From assembly GCA_963744065.1 (NCBI GenBank), contig CAVUSN010000017.1:18496-82495 (forward strand): 64,000 bases of DNA. The letters are read 5' to 3'. The DNA is from an uncultured Actinomycetes bacterium (lineage in GTDB: Bacteria > Actinomycetota > Thermoleophilia > Gaiellales > JAICJC01). The translations under genes were made by a program, and so were the position numbers. The notes beneath the pieces were generated by a model that saw only the letters and a program-made list of their open reading frames with translations, did not search any database and was not told where the DNA came from. Of the stretch, positions 17,871 to 29,083 are shown in pieces (position 1 is the stretch's first letter; every line of letters begins with the position of its first letter).

Positions 17871-18428
17871 ATGATCTCCACAAACGAGTTCAAAAACGGC
17901 ATGCACATCGCGCTGGACGGGATCGTCTACCGGATCGTCGATTTCCAGCACGTCAAGCCCGGCAAGGGCGGAGCCTTCGTGCGCACCAAGCTGAAGGGCC
18001 TGGAGTCCGGCTCGGTGATCGACCGCACTTTCCGGGCGGGCGAGAAGATGCAGCGCGTGCACACCGAGGTGACCAACGTCAGCTACCTGTACAACGACGG
18101 CTCCGACGTGGTGCTGATGGACGCTGAAAGCTTCGAGCAGATCCACCTGCCGCTGGCCAGCCTGGCCGACGAGCTGCGCTTCATGAAGGAGAACGACACC
18201 GTCCAGCTGCTGCTGGTGGACGGCAAGCCGTCCTCGCTGCAGCTGCCGGCGGCGGTCGAGCTGGAGGTGACAGAGACCGAGCCTGGAGTCAAGGGCGACA
18301 CCGTCTCCAACGTCACCAAGCCGGCCACCCTGGAGACGGGCGCGGTGGTGCAGGTGCCGCTGTTCGTGGAGCCCGGCGAGCGGATCCGGGTGGACACCCG
18401 CGAGGCCCGCTACATCTCGCGGGCGTGA
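17871..18428 (+). CDS. efp: elongation factor P
   Basis: MISTNEFKNGMHI..DGIVYRIVDFQHVKPGKGGAFVRTKLK..KPATLETGAVVQVPLFV. Confidence 0.95.
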   Translation: MISTNEFKNGMHIALDGIVYRIVDFQHVKPGKGGAFVRTKLKGLESGSVIDRTFRAGEKMQRVHTEVTNVSYLYNDGSDVVLMDAESFEQIHLPLASLADELRFMKENDTVQLLLVDGKPSSLQLPAAVELEVTETEPGVKGDTVSNVTKPATLETGAVVQVPLFVEPGERIRVDTREARYISRA

Positions 18429-18435
18429 GCCGCCC

Positions 18436-20210
18436 ATGACGCGCTTGATCGACACCACGGTGCGGCTGCTCTCCCAGCAGCCGATGGCGGCGGCGGTGTC
18501 TACCGCGCGCGTGCTGGAGATCGCAGAGCTGCTCGATGGGGCCGGCTTCGCGGCGCTCGAGGTGAGCGGGGGCGGCTGTTTCGACGCGGCCGTCAAGCGC
18601 GGCGTGGAGAGCCCCTGGGAGCGGATCCGCGGGCTGCGCGTGCGCTGCCGCAAGACGCCGCTGCAGATGGCACTGCGCGGGCGCTTCCTGGTCGGCACGC
18701 GACCGGTGTCCGACGATCTGGTACGCCGCTTCATCCTGTGCGCGGCCGAGAGCGGGATCGAGGTGTTCCGGCTGCACGACCCGCTGAACGATGTCGAGAA
18801 CCTGGCCGGGGCGGCCTCCGCTGTGCGGAGGCGGGTGGCAAGCTGTACGCCGGGCTGGCCTTCTCGGGCCACATGGCCAACCTGGAGCGGGTGGTCGAGA
18901 AGGCCAAGCGGCTGGCCGACCTGGGCGCCGATCACGTCGTTCTGCACGACCCCGCCGGGGCGCTTGATCCGGGCACCTGCGGGCGCGTGGTGGCCCGGCT
19001 GGCCGAGGCCTCCGGCGTGCCGGTGGCGCTGTACTGCCAGGGCACGGGAGGCCACGCGCTGGCGATGGCGGTGGAGGCGGCCCGAAACGGCGCCGAGCCG
19101 ATCGCAACGGCGGCCCATCCGGTGGCCAGCATCCTGAACCGGGTCGCCGGCGAGGTGCTGTGCGAGGCCATGGACGGGCTGGACGTGCCGCACGGGATCG
19201 ACCTGGAGGCGGCCTGGCGGGTGTCGCGGGCGATCGACGAGCACATCACCTCGCACATGCCGGCGCTGCCCGTGCCGCCCCGCATCACCCTGCGCACGGC
19301 CTACAACCGGGTGCCGGTGGGCGTCGTCACAGAGCTTGACGCGCGGCTGCGGCATGCCGGCGCCGGCGACCGCCTGGACGAGGTGCTGGACGAGTTGGCG
19401 CGCGTCCGCGAGGACTGCGGGATGCCCCCGCTGGCCCAGCCGATCGGCGGCATCCTGACCGGCCAGGCGCTCCGCCATGTGCTCTCGGCCAGGCGCTGGG
19501 CGGATGCCTCGGACGACATGTTGACGCTGCTTGCCGGCGGCTACGGCAAGCCGCCGCTGCCGATCGCCGAGCCGGCCCGGGAGCTGGTCGAGAGCGCGGC
19601 GGCGCCGGAGCCGCCGCCCGAGCCCGACCTGGATCAGCTGCGCGAGCAGACCGCCGCCTCCAGCGAGGAGGATCTGCTGCTGGTGGCGCTGTTCGGGGCC
19701 GAGGCCGAGCGGCTCTTGGAGACGCTTCGAAACCGCGGCGAGCGGGCCTCCGAGCGGACCGCCGCCGGCCCCGAGCAGTCAGAGCGGATCCAGGAGCTGA
19801 TGCGGCTGGTCGAGAGCTCCGACGTGGCCGAACTGACGCTGGAGGACGGGTCGCTTCGGATCACCGTGCGAAAGCAGGGTGACCGCCCGCCGGCCCCAGT
19901 GGCGGCGCCGGCCGAGGCCGAGACTGCGGCCGACAACGGCGGCGGGGGAGAGCGCCCGGCGGTGTCCACCGCGTTCAAGATCGAGTCGCCCATGGTCGGC
20001 ACCTTCTACCGCTCGTCGGCTCCCAACACGGCGCCCTTCGTGCAGGAGGGCGACACGGTCGAGAAGGGCCAGACGCTGTGCATCCTGGAGGCCATGAAGC
20101 TCTTCAACGAGCTCAAGTCCGACCACACGGGCGTGATCCGGCGGATCCTGGTCGCCAACGCCGAACCGGTGGAGTACGGCCAGCCGCTGTTCGAGCTCGA
20201 GCCGGCCTGA
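18436..20210 (+). CDS. accB: OadA/5S-like carboxyltransferase-fold domain fused to an AccB-type biotin carboxyl carrier domain (one frameshift ~18826)
   Basis: The N-terminus IDTTVRLLSQQP..GFAALEVSGGGCFDAAVKRGVESPWERIR..TPLQMALRG..IEVFRLHDPLNDVENL matches the OadA/PycB/5S TIM-barrel layout. The C-terminus IESPMVGTFYRS..GDTVEKGQTLCILEAMKLFNELKSD matches E. coli AccB rather than OadA. The sequence passes from ORF 18436.. to ORF 18738..20210. Confidence 0.8.
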
Positions 20211-21584
20211 TGCTGCGCAGGGTGCTGATCGCCAACCGCGGCGAGGCCGCCGTGCGCCTGATCCGCGCCTGCCACGACCTGGACATCGAGGCGGTGGCTG
20301 TGTACTCGACCGGCGATCGCGACGGCCTGTGGCTGGATCAGGCCGACCACAGCGTGTGCATCGGTTCGCACCTGGCTGCCGACAGCTACCTGAACATCCG
20401 AAACCTGATCGGCGCCGCCGAGATCACCGGCTGCGACGCCGTCCACCCCGGCTGGGGGTTCCTGGCCGAGAACGCGGCCTTCGTCCGCGCCTGCACCGAC
20501 AACGACCTGGTGTTCGTCGGCCCGCCCGCGGAGGCGATCGAGCATGATGGGCGACAAGAGCCGGGCCAAGCAGACCATGCGGGAGGCCGGCGTGCCGCTG
20601 GTGCCGGGGTCGGCGGACCGCCTGGCGAGCCCCGCCGAGGCCGCCCAGCTGGCCGCCGAGCTGGACTACCCGGTGCTGCTCAAGGCCTCCGCCGGCGGCG
20701 GCGGCAAGGGTATGCGGCTGGTCACCGAGCCGGACGAGCTGGACGACGCCTACCGGCTGGCGTCGGCCGAGGCCGAGGCCTCCTTCGGCGACGGCGGCCT
20801 GTACCTGGAGCAGGCCATCGTCGACCCCCGCCACGTCGAGATGCAGGTGCTGGCCGACGGCCAGGGCGGCGTGCTGGTGCTGGGCGAGCGCGACTGCTCG
20901 GTGCAGCGGCGTCACCAGAAGCTGATCGAGGAGGCGCCCTCGCCGGCGCTGGCGCCCGAGCTGCGGGCGCAGATGGCCGAGGCGGCGCGGCTGGCCTGCG
21001 TCGGCTGCGACTACGTCAACGCCGGCACCGTCGAGTTCCTGCTGGACGCCGAGGGCGGCTTCTACTTCATCGAGATGAACACCCGCCTGCAGGTCGAGCA
21101 CCCGGTCTCCGAGCTGGTCACCGGGATCGACATGGCGGCCGCCCAGCTGCGCCTGGCCGGGCGGTGAGCCGCTGCCCGCGACCGGCCTGCACGAGCTGCG
21201 CGGGCACGCCATCGAGTTTCGCATCAACTGCGAGGACCCGGCGGCCGCGGGTTCATGCCGGCGGCCGGCACCGTGACGCGCTTCCGGCCGCCGCTCGGGC
21301 CGGGCGTGCGCTTCGACACGCACGCCTACGAGGGCTACAAGGTGCCGCCCTTCTACGACTCGCTGCTGGCCAAGCTGATCGTCCACGGCGAGCGATCGCG
21401 GCGCAGGCCCTGGCCCGGGCCCGCCGGGCGCTGCGCGAGCTGGAGATCGAGGGCGTGCCAACCACCCGCGGGCCTGTTCGCTCGAGATGCTGCGACGAGC
21501 CGGGCTTCGTGGCCGGCAGCTACACCACCGCCTACCTCGACGAGGCCCGCGAGCGGCTGCCGTCCGCTGGCGGAGGCGGCGTGA
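20210..21584 (+). pseudogene. accC: biotin carboxylase AccC, disrupted by five or more frameshifts as assembled
   Basis: MLRRVLIANRGEAAVRLIRAC.. / MGDKSRAKQTMREAGVPLVPGS..KASAGGGGKGMR..ERDCSVQRRHQKLIEEAP..FIEMNTRLQVEHPV / ..AIEFRINCEDP / FMPAAGTV..PPFYDSLLAKLIVHG / ..ELEIEGVPTT. The recognisable sequence hops among all three forward frames at ~20540, ~21165, ~21245, ~21395, ~21470 and ~21570. Confidence 0.85.
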
Positions 21585-21606
21585 TCCGGCGTCGGCTCCG
21601 GCGCAG

Positions 21607-21923
21607 GTGTCAGACGAGGCGCTGGACGTCGATCGTGCGGCGGCGCCGTGGCCAGGGTGGAGGGCGCCCGCCTCGACAGCCCCGGCCGGGTGTCGCGCGT
21701 GCTGCCGGGCCGGCGCGGGCCGGTGGAGTGGACGCTGACCGGCCGGGTGGTCGCGTTCGACGTGGACGTGGCTGCGAGCCTACGGCCAGGTGCTGCCCGA
21801 ATCGGGCGCCGCAGGTGCGCGTCCGCGTGGCCGACGCATGTGGGCGTGATGACCGGCCTGCAGGTGCGCTCGGTGGACGTGACGGTGACCGGGCTGGACC
21901 GCCAGCGGGAGCCGGCCCGGTGA
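21607..21923 (+). pseudogene. Asp23/Gls24-family envelope stress protein, several frameshifts as assembled
   Basis: (M)SDEALDV.. / VARVEGARLDSPGRVSRVL..VEWTLTGRVVAFDVDVAA / YGQVLPE / VRVRVADA / VGVMTGLQVRSVDVTVTGL follows the Asp23 pattern across frames. It sits in the conserved slot between accC and nusB. Confidence 0.6.
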
Positions 21924-22330
21924 CCCGCAGCCGCCACCAGGAGCGGCGTGGAGCCGCCTTCCTGCTCTACCAGCGCGATCTCACTGGACGCCGATCTGGA
22001 CGCCCTGTACGAGGCCTACCAACGCGACAATGGCGAGCCTGTGAGCGAGTTCACGCGGGCGCATGGTGGAGGGCGTCTGGGGCGAGCGGGAGCGGCTCGA
22101 CCCGGCCATCGACGGCGCCGCCGACGGCTGGAGCGCCGAGCGCATGGCGGTGCTCGAGCGCAGCATCCTGCGGCTGGCGGTGTGGGAGCTGCAGACGGGC
22201 GAGGTGCCGGCGGCGGTGGCGATCGACGAGGCCGTCGAGCTGGCCAAGCGCTACGCCTCGCCCGAGGCCGGCGTCGCTGGTGAACGGCATGCTGGGCCGG
22301 ATCGCCCGCACCGAGGGGGTGGGCCGGTGA
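21920..22330 (+). pseudogene. nusB: transcription antitermination factor NusB, three frameshifts as assembled
   Basis: RRGAAFLLYQRDLTG / LDADLDALYEAY.. / WSAERMAVLERSILRLAVWELQ..VPAAVAIDEAVELAKRYASPEAG / SLVNGMLGRIAR. Frame changes at ~21985, ~22062 and ~22270. Confidence 0.8.
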
Positions 22331-23307
22331 GCGAGGCCGACGAGCTGTGCAGGATCGTGGGCGACTGGATCGCGCTGCAGCGCCGCGGCTGGAGGCCGAG
22401 CGAGCTCGACTCGGCCGGGGCCACCCAGCTGCTCGAGCGGATCACCGCAGCTCGCGCACGAGGCCTGGACGAGATCGAGCGGCGCTGGAGCGGCAGGCCG
22501 ACGGCGCTGGACGAGCTGATCGAGCAGTACCTGGCCGGGCTGAAGCTGTCCGGACGTGCCCGAGCTGGACGACGCCATGCACTACTCGCTGCTGTCGGGC
22601 GGCAAGCGGGTGCGCGCCGCGGCTGTGCCTGGCAGCGACCCGGGCCGGCGGCGGCGACCCGCAGCTGGCGCTGCCGGCGGCCGCCGCCATCGAGATGGTG
22701 CAGGCGTTCTCGCTGGTGCACGACGACCTGCCGGCGCTGGACGACGACAGCAGCGCCGCGGCCGGCCGACCAGCCACGTGCGCTACGGCGAGGCGGTGGC
22801 GGTGCTGGTCCGGCGACGCCCTGCTGAACGCCGCCTTCCGGCTGGTCGCAGCGGCTGGAGCGCGCCGGCCACGGTCAGGCTGGCGGTGCTGGCGGAGCTG
22901 GCCGGCGGGGTGGCCGGCATGATCGACGGCCAGTACCTGGACGTGACCGCCGCCGCGCCAGGCGACCTGGACGGCCTGCGCGCGCCTGCACCGGCTGAAG
23001 ACCGGCGCGCTGATCGAGGCCTCCGTGGCCTGCGGCCTGCACGTGGCCGGCGCGGCCCCGGCCCAGCTCGAGCCCTACCGGGCCTTCGCCGGCGAGCTGG
23101 GGCTGCTCTTCCAGATCGTCGACGACGTGCTGGACGAGGGCGCGACGGCGAGCCGCCAGCTACGTTACCGCGGTCGGCGCCGAAGCGGGCCCGCGAGCTG
23201 GCCCGGGAGTCGCACGGGCGGGCGCTCGAGCTGCTTGGCGGCGGCGCCCGGCGACACGGCCGAGCTGGCCGAGCCTGACCGAGCTGATCGCCCGCCGCAG
23301 CGAATGA
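22327..23307 (+). pseudogene. polyprenyl diphosphate synthase (FPP/GGPP synthase, IspA-like), eight or more frameshifts as assembled
   Basis: ..LDDAMHYSLLSGGKRVR / PRLCLAATRAGGG..AAAIEMVQAFSLVHDDLPALDDD (first DDxxD) / RRGRPTSHVRYGEAVAVL / SGDALLNAAF / GMIDGQYLD / LHRLKTGALIEAS..GLLFQIVDDVLDE (second DDxxD) / ..ARELA..LTELIARRSE*. Confidence 0.75.
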
Positions 23308-24127
23308 GCCGGCCGGCCGCACCGGCTCGACGCGGCCCTGGTCGAGCGCGGGCTGGTCGAGACCCGCAGCCGGGCCCAGGCGCTGATCATGGCCGGGCGG
23401 GTGCTGGTGGACGGTGCGCGTGGTCACCAAGGCCGGGGCGCCGACCGGCCCGGACGCCGCCCTGGAGCTGGTCGAGCCGCCCCGCTACGTGTCCCGCGGC
23501 GGCGAGAAGCTGGAGACCGCCCTGGACGCGGTTCGAGGTGGACGTGACCGGCGAGTCGCTGCCTGGACGTGGGCGCCTCCACCGGCGGCTTCACCGACTG
23601 CCTGCTGCAGCACGGCGGCGGCCCGGGTGATCGGCGCTGGACGTCGGCCGCGGCCAGCTGCACGAGCGGCTGGCCGGGCGACCCTCGCGTGAGCGTTCTG
23701 GACGGGATGAACGCCCGCAACCTGACCGCGTCGGATCTGCCCTATCGCGCCGTCCTTCGTGACCGTCGACGTGTCCTTCATCTCGCTGCGGCTGGTGCTG
23801 CCGCCGGCCGTGGCCTGCGCCCAGCCGATGTGGCGGGCGATCGTGCTGGTCAAGCCGCAGTTCGAGGCCGGCAGAGCCGATCTGCGCAAGGGCGTCGTGC
23901 GCGACCCCGATGTGCGCCGGCGGGTGGTGCAGGAATGTGTCGAGTTCGTGACAGGCGCGAGCCTGGGACGGCCCGCCGCCGTCCTCGGCGTGTGCGATTC
24001 TTCGCTTCCGGGGCCAGCCGGCAACCGCGAGTACCTGGTGTACTTCGCGGCGGCTGGGCACCCATCCGTCCAGGAGCATCCGATCGATGTCCGAGCCCAG
24101 ATCGAAGCCGCCATCCGCAGTGTCTGA
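23304..24127 (+). pseudogene. tlyA: TlyA-family rRNA 2'-O-methyltransferase / hemolysin-like, about eight frameshifts as assembled
   Basis: RLDAALVERGLVETRSRAQALIMAGRVLVDG (S4 domain) / VVTKAGAPTG..PRYVSRGGEKLETALDA / FEVDVTGES / LDVGASTGGFTDCLLQHG / ARVIG / DVGRGQLHERLAG / DPRVSVLDGMNARNL / VTVDVSFISLRLVLP..LVKPQFEAG. Confidence 0.8.
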
Positions 24128-24140
24128 GGCCCCCGCCCGG

Positions 24141-24918
24141 GTGCGCCGGGTGGCCGTGCTCGTGCACGGCCGGCCGGAGCGGATCGGCGATGCGCCGGCC
24201 CGCCTCGAGGCGGTGGCAGCGCGGTGCGGGGTGGAGGTGGTCGAGCAGCCCTCCGACGGCGACCTGCTGGTGGTGCTGGGCGGCGACGGCACCATGCTGC
24301 GCGCGCTGCATCTGGTGATCGGCCAGACCGACGCCCTGCCTGGGCGTGAACTACGGCCGGGTCGGGTTCCTGACCGCGATCGACGGCGCCCAGTTGGAGG
24401 CCGGTCTGGAGCAGGCCTTCGCCGGCAGCTACACGGTGGTCGAGGTGCCGACGATCGTCGCCGACGACGGCAGGGAGCCGGTGATGGGCGTGAACGACAT
24501 CGTGCTGACCAGCTCGCTGCTGGGCCGGATGGCGCTTCTGGAGTGGGGGGTGGACGGCGAGTCGCTGGGCGAGCTGGGCTGTGACGGCGCGATCGTGGCC
24601 ACCTCCACCGGCTCCACCGCCTACAACCTGTCGGCCGGCGGCCCGGTGCTGGCCTGGGGCCTGGACGCCTTCGTCGTCTCCTTCGTCTCCCCGCACTCGC
24701 TGCACGCGCGGTCGATGGTGCTCGGCCGCCCGCACGTGCTGGACTTCACGAACCGCTCCGTCGACGTGCCGGTGCAGGTGATCGTGGATGGCCACATCTA
24801 TGGCCGGCTCGAGCCCGGCGGCCGCCTGCACCTGGAGATGGGCAGCCAGCACGCCCACCTGGCCCGGCTGCAGGGCTCGTCCTTCTTCAGCCGCTACCGC
24901 GAGACGTTCTCGCACTGA
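24141..24918 (+). CDS. nadK: NAD kinase (one frameshift ~24335)
   Basis: ..DLLVVLGGDGTMLRA.. then (G)VNYGRVGFLTA..NDIVL..GDGAIVATSTGSTAYNLSAGGPV. The sequence passes from ORF 24087.. to ORF 24346..24918. GTG 24141 is preferred as start; ATG 24087 is also possible. Confidence 0.85.
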
Positions 24919-24919
24919 C

Positions 24920-26582
24920 ATGCTGCAACCGGCTTCTAATCGAGAACCTGGCCCTGATCGAGCGGGCGGAGCTGGAGCTAGGCCCCGGCCTGAACGTGTT
25001 CACGGGCGAGACCGGGGCGGGCAAGACGATGCTGGCCCAGGCCATCGGGCTGCTGGGCGGATCGCAGCCGGGAGCGGCGCTGGTCGGGCCGCACGCGGTC
25101 GAGGCCTACGTGGAGGCGGAGCTGGAGCTGCCGGATGGCCTGCTTGACGATCCGGCGCTGGCGGCCCTGGCGGCGCTTCGGCCGGACGGCGAGGACACGC
25201 TGGTGGTCGCCCGCCGGCTCTTCTCCAATGGCCGCACGCGCGCCCTGGTGTGGGGTCGAAGCTGCGCCCGGGCCGATCTGGAGACGCTGGCCGAGCGGCT
25301 GCTCGAGGTGTCCTCCCAGCACGAGGCGCGGCGGCTGTCGCACCCGGCCCGCCAGCTGGCCCTGCTGGACGCTCACGCCGGCGCCGAGCCGGCGGTGGCC
25401 GACATGGGGGCAGCCTGGCGCTCCCTGCGCCAGGCCCAGTCCGCGGCAGCGGATGCCCGCGGGCAGGCGGCGGATGCGGCCCGCCACCGGGGCGAGCTGG
25501 AGGAGCTGGTCGAGCGGGTCGATGCGGCGGCCGTCGAACCCGGCGAGCGGGCGGCGCTGGAGGCCGAACGCGACCGCCTGCGGCATCTCGACGAGCTGAT
25601 GGCGGCGGCCGGTGGTGCGGCACAGCTCCTGAATCCCGACGAGGGCGAGGGCGCGCTGGCGCTCTCCGGCCGGGCGGCCGAGCTGGTGGCCGATGGCGCG
25701 CGTTTCGAGGCCGGGTTGGCCGATGTGGCGGCCGAGCTGCGCGACGTCAGCGTGCGCCTGGAGGAGGCGGCCCGCGAGCTTCGCGGCTATGTGAACGGGC
25801 TGGAGGCCGATCCCGGCCGGCTGGAGCAGGTGGAGGCCAGGCTGGCCATGTTCGCCGAGCTGGAGCGGCGCTTCGGCGGCCCGCTGGATGGGCTTGTGGA
25901 GCGTGCCGACGACGCCCGCCGGGCGCTCGAGCTGCTGGACGCCACCGGCTCGGCGCTGGAGCAGCTGGAGGCACGGGTGGCCGAGGCCCAGGCCCGCGCC
26001 CAGTCCTGCGCGCAGGCGTTGTCTGCGGCGCGCCGGCGGGCGGCCCGCCCGTTCGCCCGCGCGGTCGAGCGCCAGCTGACCGAGCTGGGCATGCAGGGCG
26101 CGCGCTTCGCGGTGCGGCTGGAGGCGGCGGAGCTGGGCCCGCGCGGGGCGGACCGGGCCGAACTGGACGTGTCCGCCAATCCCGGGCTCGATCTGGCGCC
26201 TGTTGCCACCACCGCATCCGGCGGCGAGCTGTCGCGGATCGCGCTTGCCATCCGCATCGCCGCTCGGGCCGGCGGCGGCCCGTCCACCCTGCTGCTGGAC
26301 GAGGTGGATGCCGGCGTGGGTGGGCGCACGGCCAGGGTGGTGGGCGAGAAGCTGCGCGAGCTGGCGGGCGGCGCGCAGGTGCTGTGCATCACCCACCTCC
26401 CGCAGATCGCCAGCCTGGCCGACGTCCACTTCCGGGTCGAGAAGACCGACCAGGAGCCGGTCACCACCACCGTCGAGCGGCTGGACGGTGACGCGGTGAC
26501 CGAGGAGCTGGCTCGCATGCTGGGAGCCGACGCGTCCGACGAGCTGGCCCGCCAGCACGCCGAGTCGCTGCGCGCCTCCTAG
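24920..26582 (+). CDS. recN: DNA repair protein RecN (one frameshift in codons 4-5)
   Basis: ATG 24920 gives MLQP. One base later the frame reads LLIENLALIERAELELGPGLNVFTGETGAGKTML.. through to ..GGELSRIALAIR..LLLDEVDAGVGG. Removing one C from 'aaccgg' (24927-24932) restores MLQRLLIENL. Confidence 0.9.
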
Positions 26583-26611
26583 CCGCCGCAGGCCTCTGTT
26601 AGCCTCTCGGC

Positions 26612-26839
26612 GTGGACGACGGGGTGAAGGCGGATGCAGCGCTCACGGCTGACGAGCGGGACCTGCTCGACCATATCGGCGCGACCTTCCGCGCGTTCGA
26701 CCAGTTGGAGGCCTACCACCCGGCCGACCGCGAGGAGTTCGCCTTCCACGTCCACGCCCTCGGCCGGATCGTGATGTCGCGTCCGGTCATCCGCGCCCAT
26801 CCCAGCCGCCTGCGGCCGGGCGGCGGGGAGTGGTCGTAG
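26612..26839 (+). CDS. hypothetical protein (ends at an in-frame TAG; the same frame stays open downstream)
   Basis: 75-codon ORF with high GC3 (..DERDLLDHIGATFRAFDQLEAYHPADREEFAFHVHALGRIVMSRPVIRAHP..). GTG start. No family recognised. Confidence 0.4.
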   Translation: MDDGVKADAALTADERDLLDHIGATFRAFDQLEAYHPADREEFAFHVHALGRIVMSRPVIRAHPSRLRPGGGEWS

Positions 26840-27162
26840 CGGCTGTTTGGGTGTAAAGCGCGCAACGATCGCCGGCCTCGCGGCTGGCGGTCTGGCTCGA
26901 CGATCGGGTGGGGCACCGGGTACTGGGGTAACCGTGGGCCGGGCCCGCTGTGCCAGGCCTGCCGGTGTCGCACGTCGTGGCTGTACGCCGGCGGCTACGA
27001 CCCGGAGCTCGACCCTGAGCCGCCGACGGACGACGACTTCATGGGGCATCACCCGGTTGATCTGTGTTACTGGTGTCGGCTCGACAGCGGTGGGGCGATC
27101 ACGACCGAGGGCGGCGAGTTGGAAGCTGCGCTCGCTTGTCGGTCATCTGCGCGAGCGGGGCC

Positions 27163-27254
27163 GCCACTTGGCCGTGCATGCGAGTGCCACTTGACGGTGC
27201 GCATGAGTGCCACTTGGCGGCGGACACGAGTGCCACTTGGCCGTGCCGGCGAGA
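27163..27254 (+). repeat. GCCACTTGG repeat family, locus C: four perfectly phased 23-bp tandem units
   Basis: gccacttggccgtgcatgcgagt / gccacttgacggtgcgcatgagt / gccacttggcggcggacacgagt / gccacttggccgtgccggcgaga, starting at 27163, 27186, 27209 and 27232. The array ends 142 nt upstream of the pyrG start. Confidence 0.95.
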
Positions 27255-27396
27255 ACCAGCCGCCCGCCGCACCCTCCCGAACCCTGCTCTTTGCGAGATC
27301 TTCACCTTCGAGCGAGCCGCAACGGGGTCGGTCCAGCGGCCGCGGCCAGTATCATACGGACCCCGTGAGCTCGTCCTTCCAGGAAAGGCGGATCGC

Positions 27397-29064
<1,668 letters not shown>

Positions 29065-29083
29065 CCGCCGGGGCCGACCGCTC

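Noticed and set aside
20078-22330. A 750-aa ORF that could be read as one large multidomain protein
   Set aside because: It is a chance concatenation. Only its first ~110 in-frame codons (accC N-terminus) and scattered later segments (the accC C-terminus, nusB start and nusB end) are protein-like. The rest of accC, asp23 and nusB lie in the other two frames because of multiple indels.
20540-23760. Programmed ribosomal frameshifting or recoding as the explanation for the frame changes
   Set aside because: There are far too many events (about thirty in 3.3 kb, in both directions). They share no slippery heptamer or stimulatory structure and occur in genes not known to be recoded. Assembly indel error is more parsimonious.
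26837-26839. Pyrrolysine (UAG) decoding for the in-frame TAG
   Set aside because: No pyl genes or PYLIS-like context are visible, and the lineage suggested by the gene content is not one known to use Pyl. A nonsense mutation or base-call error is simpler.
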